A stretch of 47,863 bases of DNA from an uncultured bacterium (GTDB lineage: Bacteria > Hydrogenedentota > Hydrogenedentia > Hydrogenedentales > JAEUWI01), in contig CAXBPH010000011.1 of assembly GCA_963977445.1 (NCBI GenBank), positions 1 to 47,863 of the forward strand, given 5' to 3'. The notes beneath the pieces are model-generated. The model was not told the DNA's origin. It made no database searches and saw nothing but the letters and a program-made list of their open reading frames with translations. A program made the position numbers and the translations under genes. Each line of letters begins with the position of its first letter. The stretch's first letter is position 1. Positions 47,863-47,863 of the stretch are shown here, in pieces.

Positions 47863-47863
47863 G

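Overview
A bacterial chromosomal window of moderately high GC. The gene style suggests a Hydrogenedentes/PVC-like lineage, which is only an inference. Most of it is housekeeping and carbohydrate metabolism. The minus strand starts with rpsB (with its t44-type leader)-tsf-pyrH-frr-uppS-cdsA-prfB-lysS, lysS running off the left edge. Then come the glycine cleavage operon gcvT-H-PA-PB with a short lipoyl ligase; a YvyF-like zinc-ribbon gene; amidase-GerMN-murI-divergent polysaccharide deacetylase-tsaD; purN; an O-antigen-ligase-like gene; secreted DUF1080 and TIM-barrel sugar enzymes; two MFS transporters; a cyclase; a YbhG/F/S-like ABC exporter; a HAD hydrolase; a rhamnose/AI-2-type sugar ABC system with a fused ATPase-permease; a frameshifted uvrA; a sialidase with an AGE epimerase; and a membrane-anchored CarboxypepD_reg-repeat protein. 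The most striking non-gene structure is a REP-associated tyrosine transposase (RAYT) gene flanked by two homologous ~250-bp REP doublets. The 35-bp hairpin REPs are identical between the doublets and show compensatory stem changes, while the spacers have diverged strongly. Variant copies occur elsewhere, including a nested two-family palindrome stack upstream of gcvT. Other oddities are an ~85-aa N-terminal extension on LysS, an RF2 with no programmed frameshift and an SPY motif, a small membrane protein missing from the ORF track, candidate leaderless promoters, and operator-like palindromes upstream of uvrA and the sialidase.
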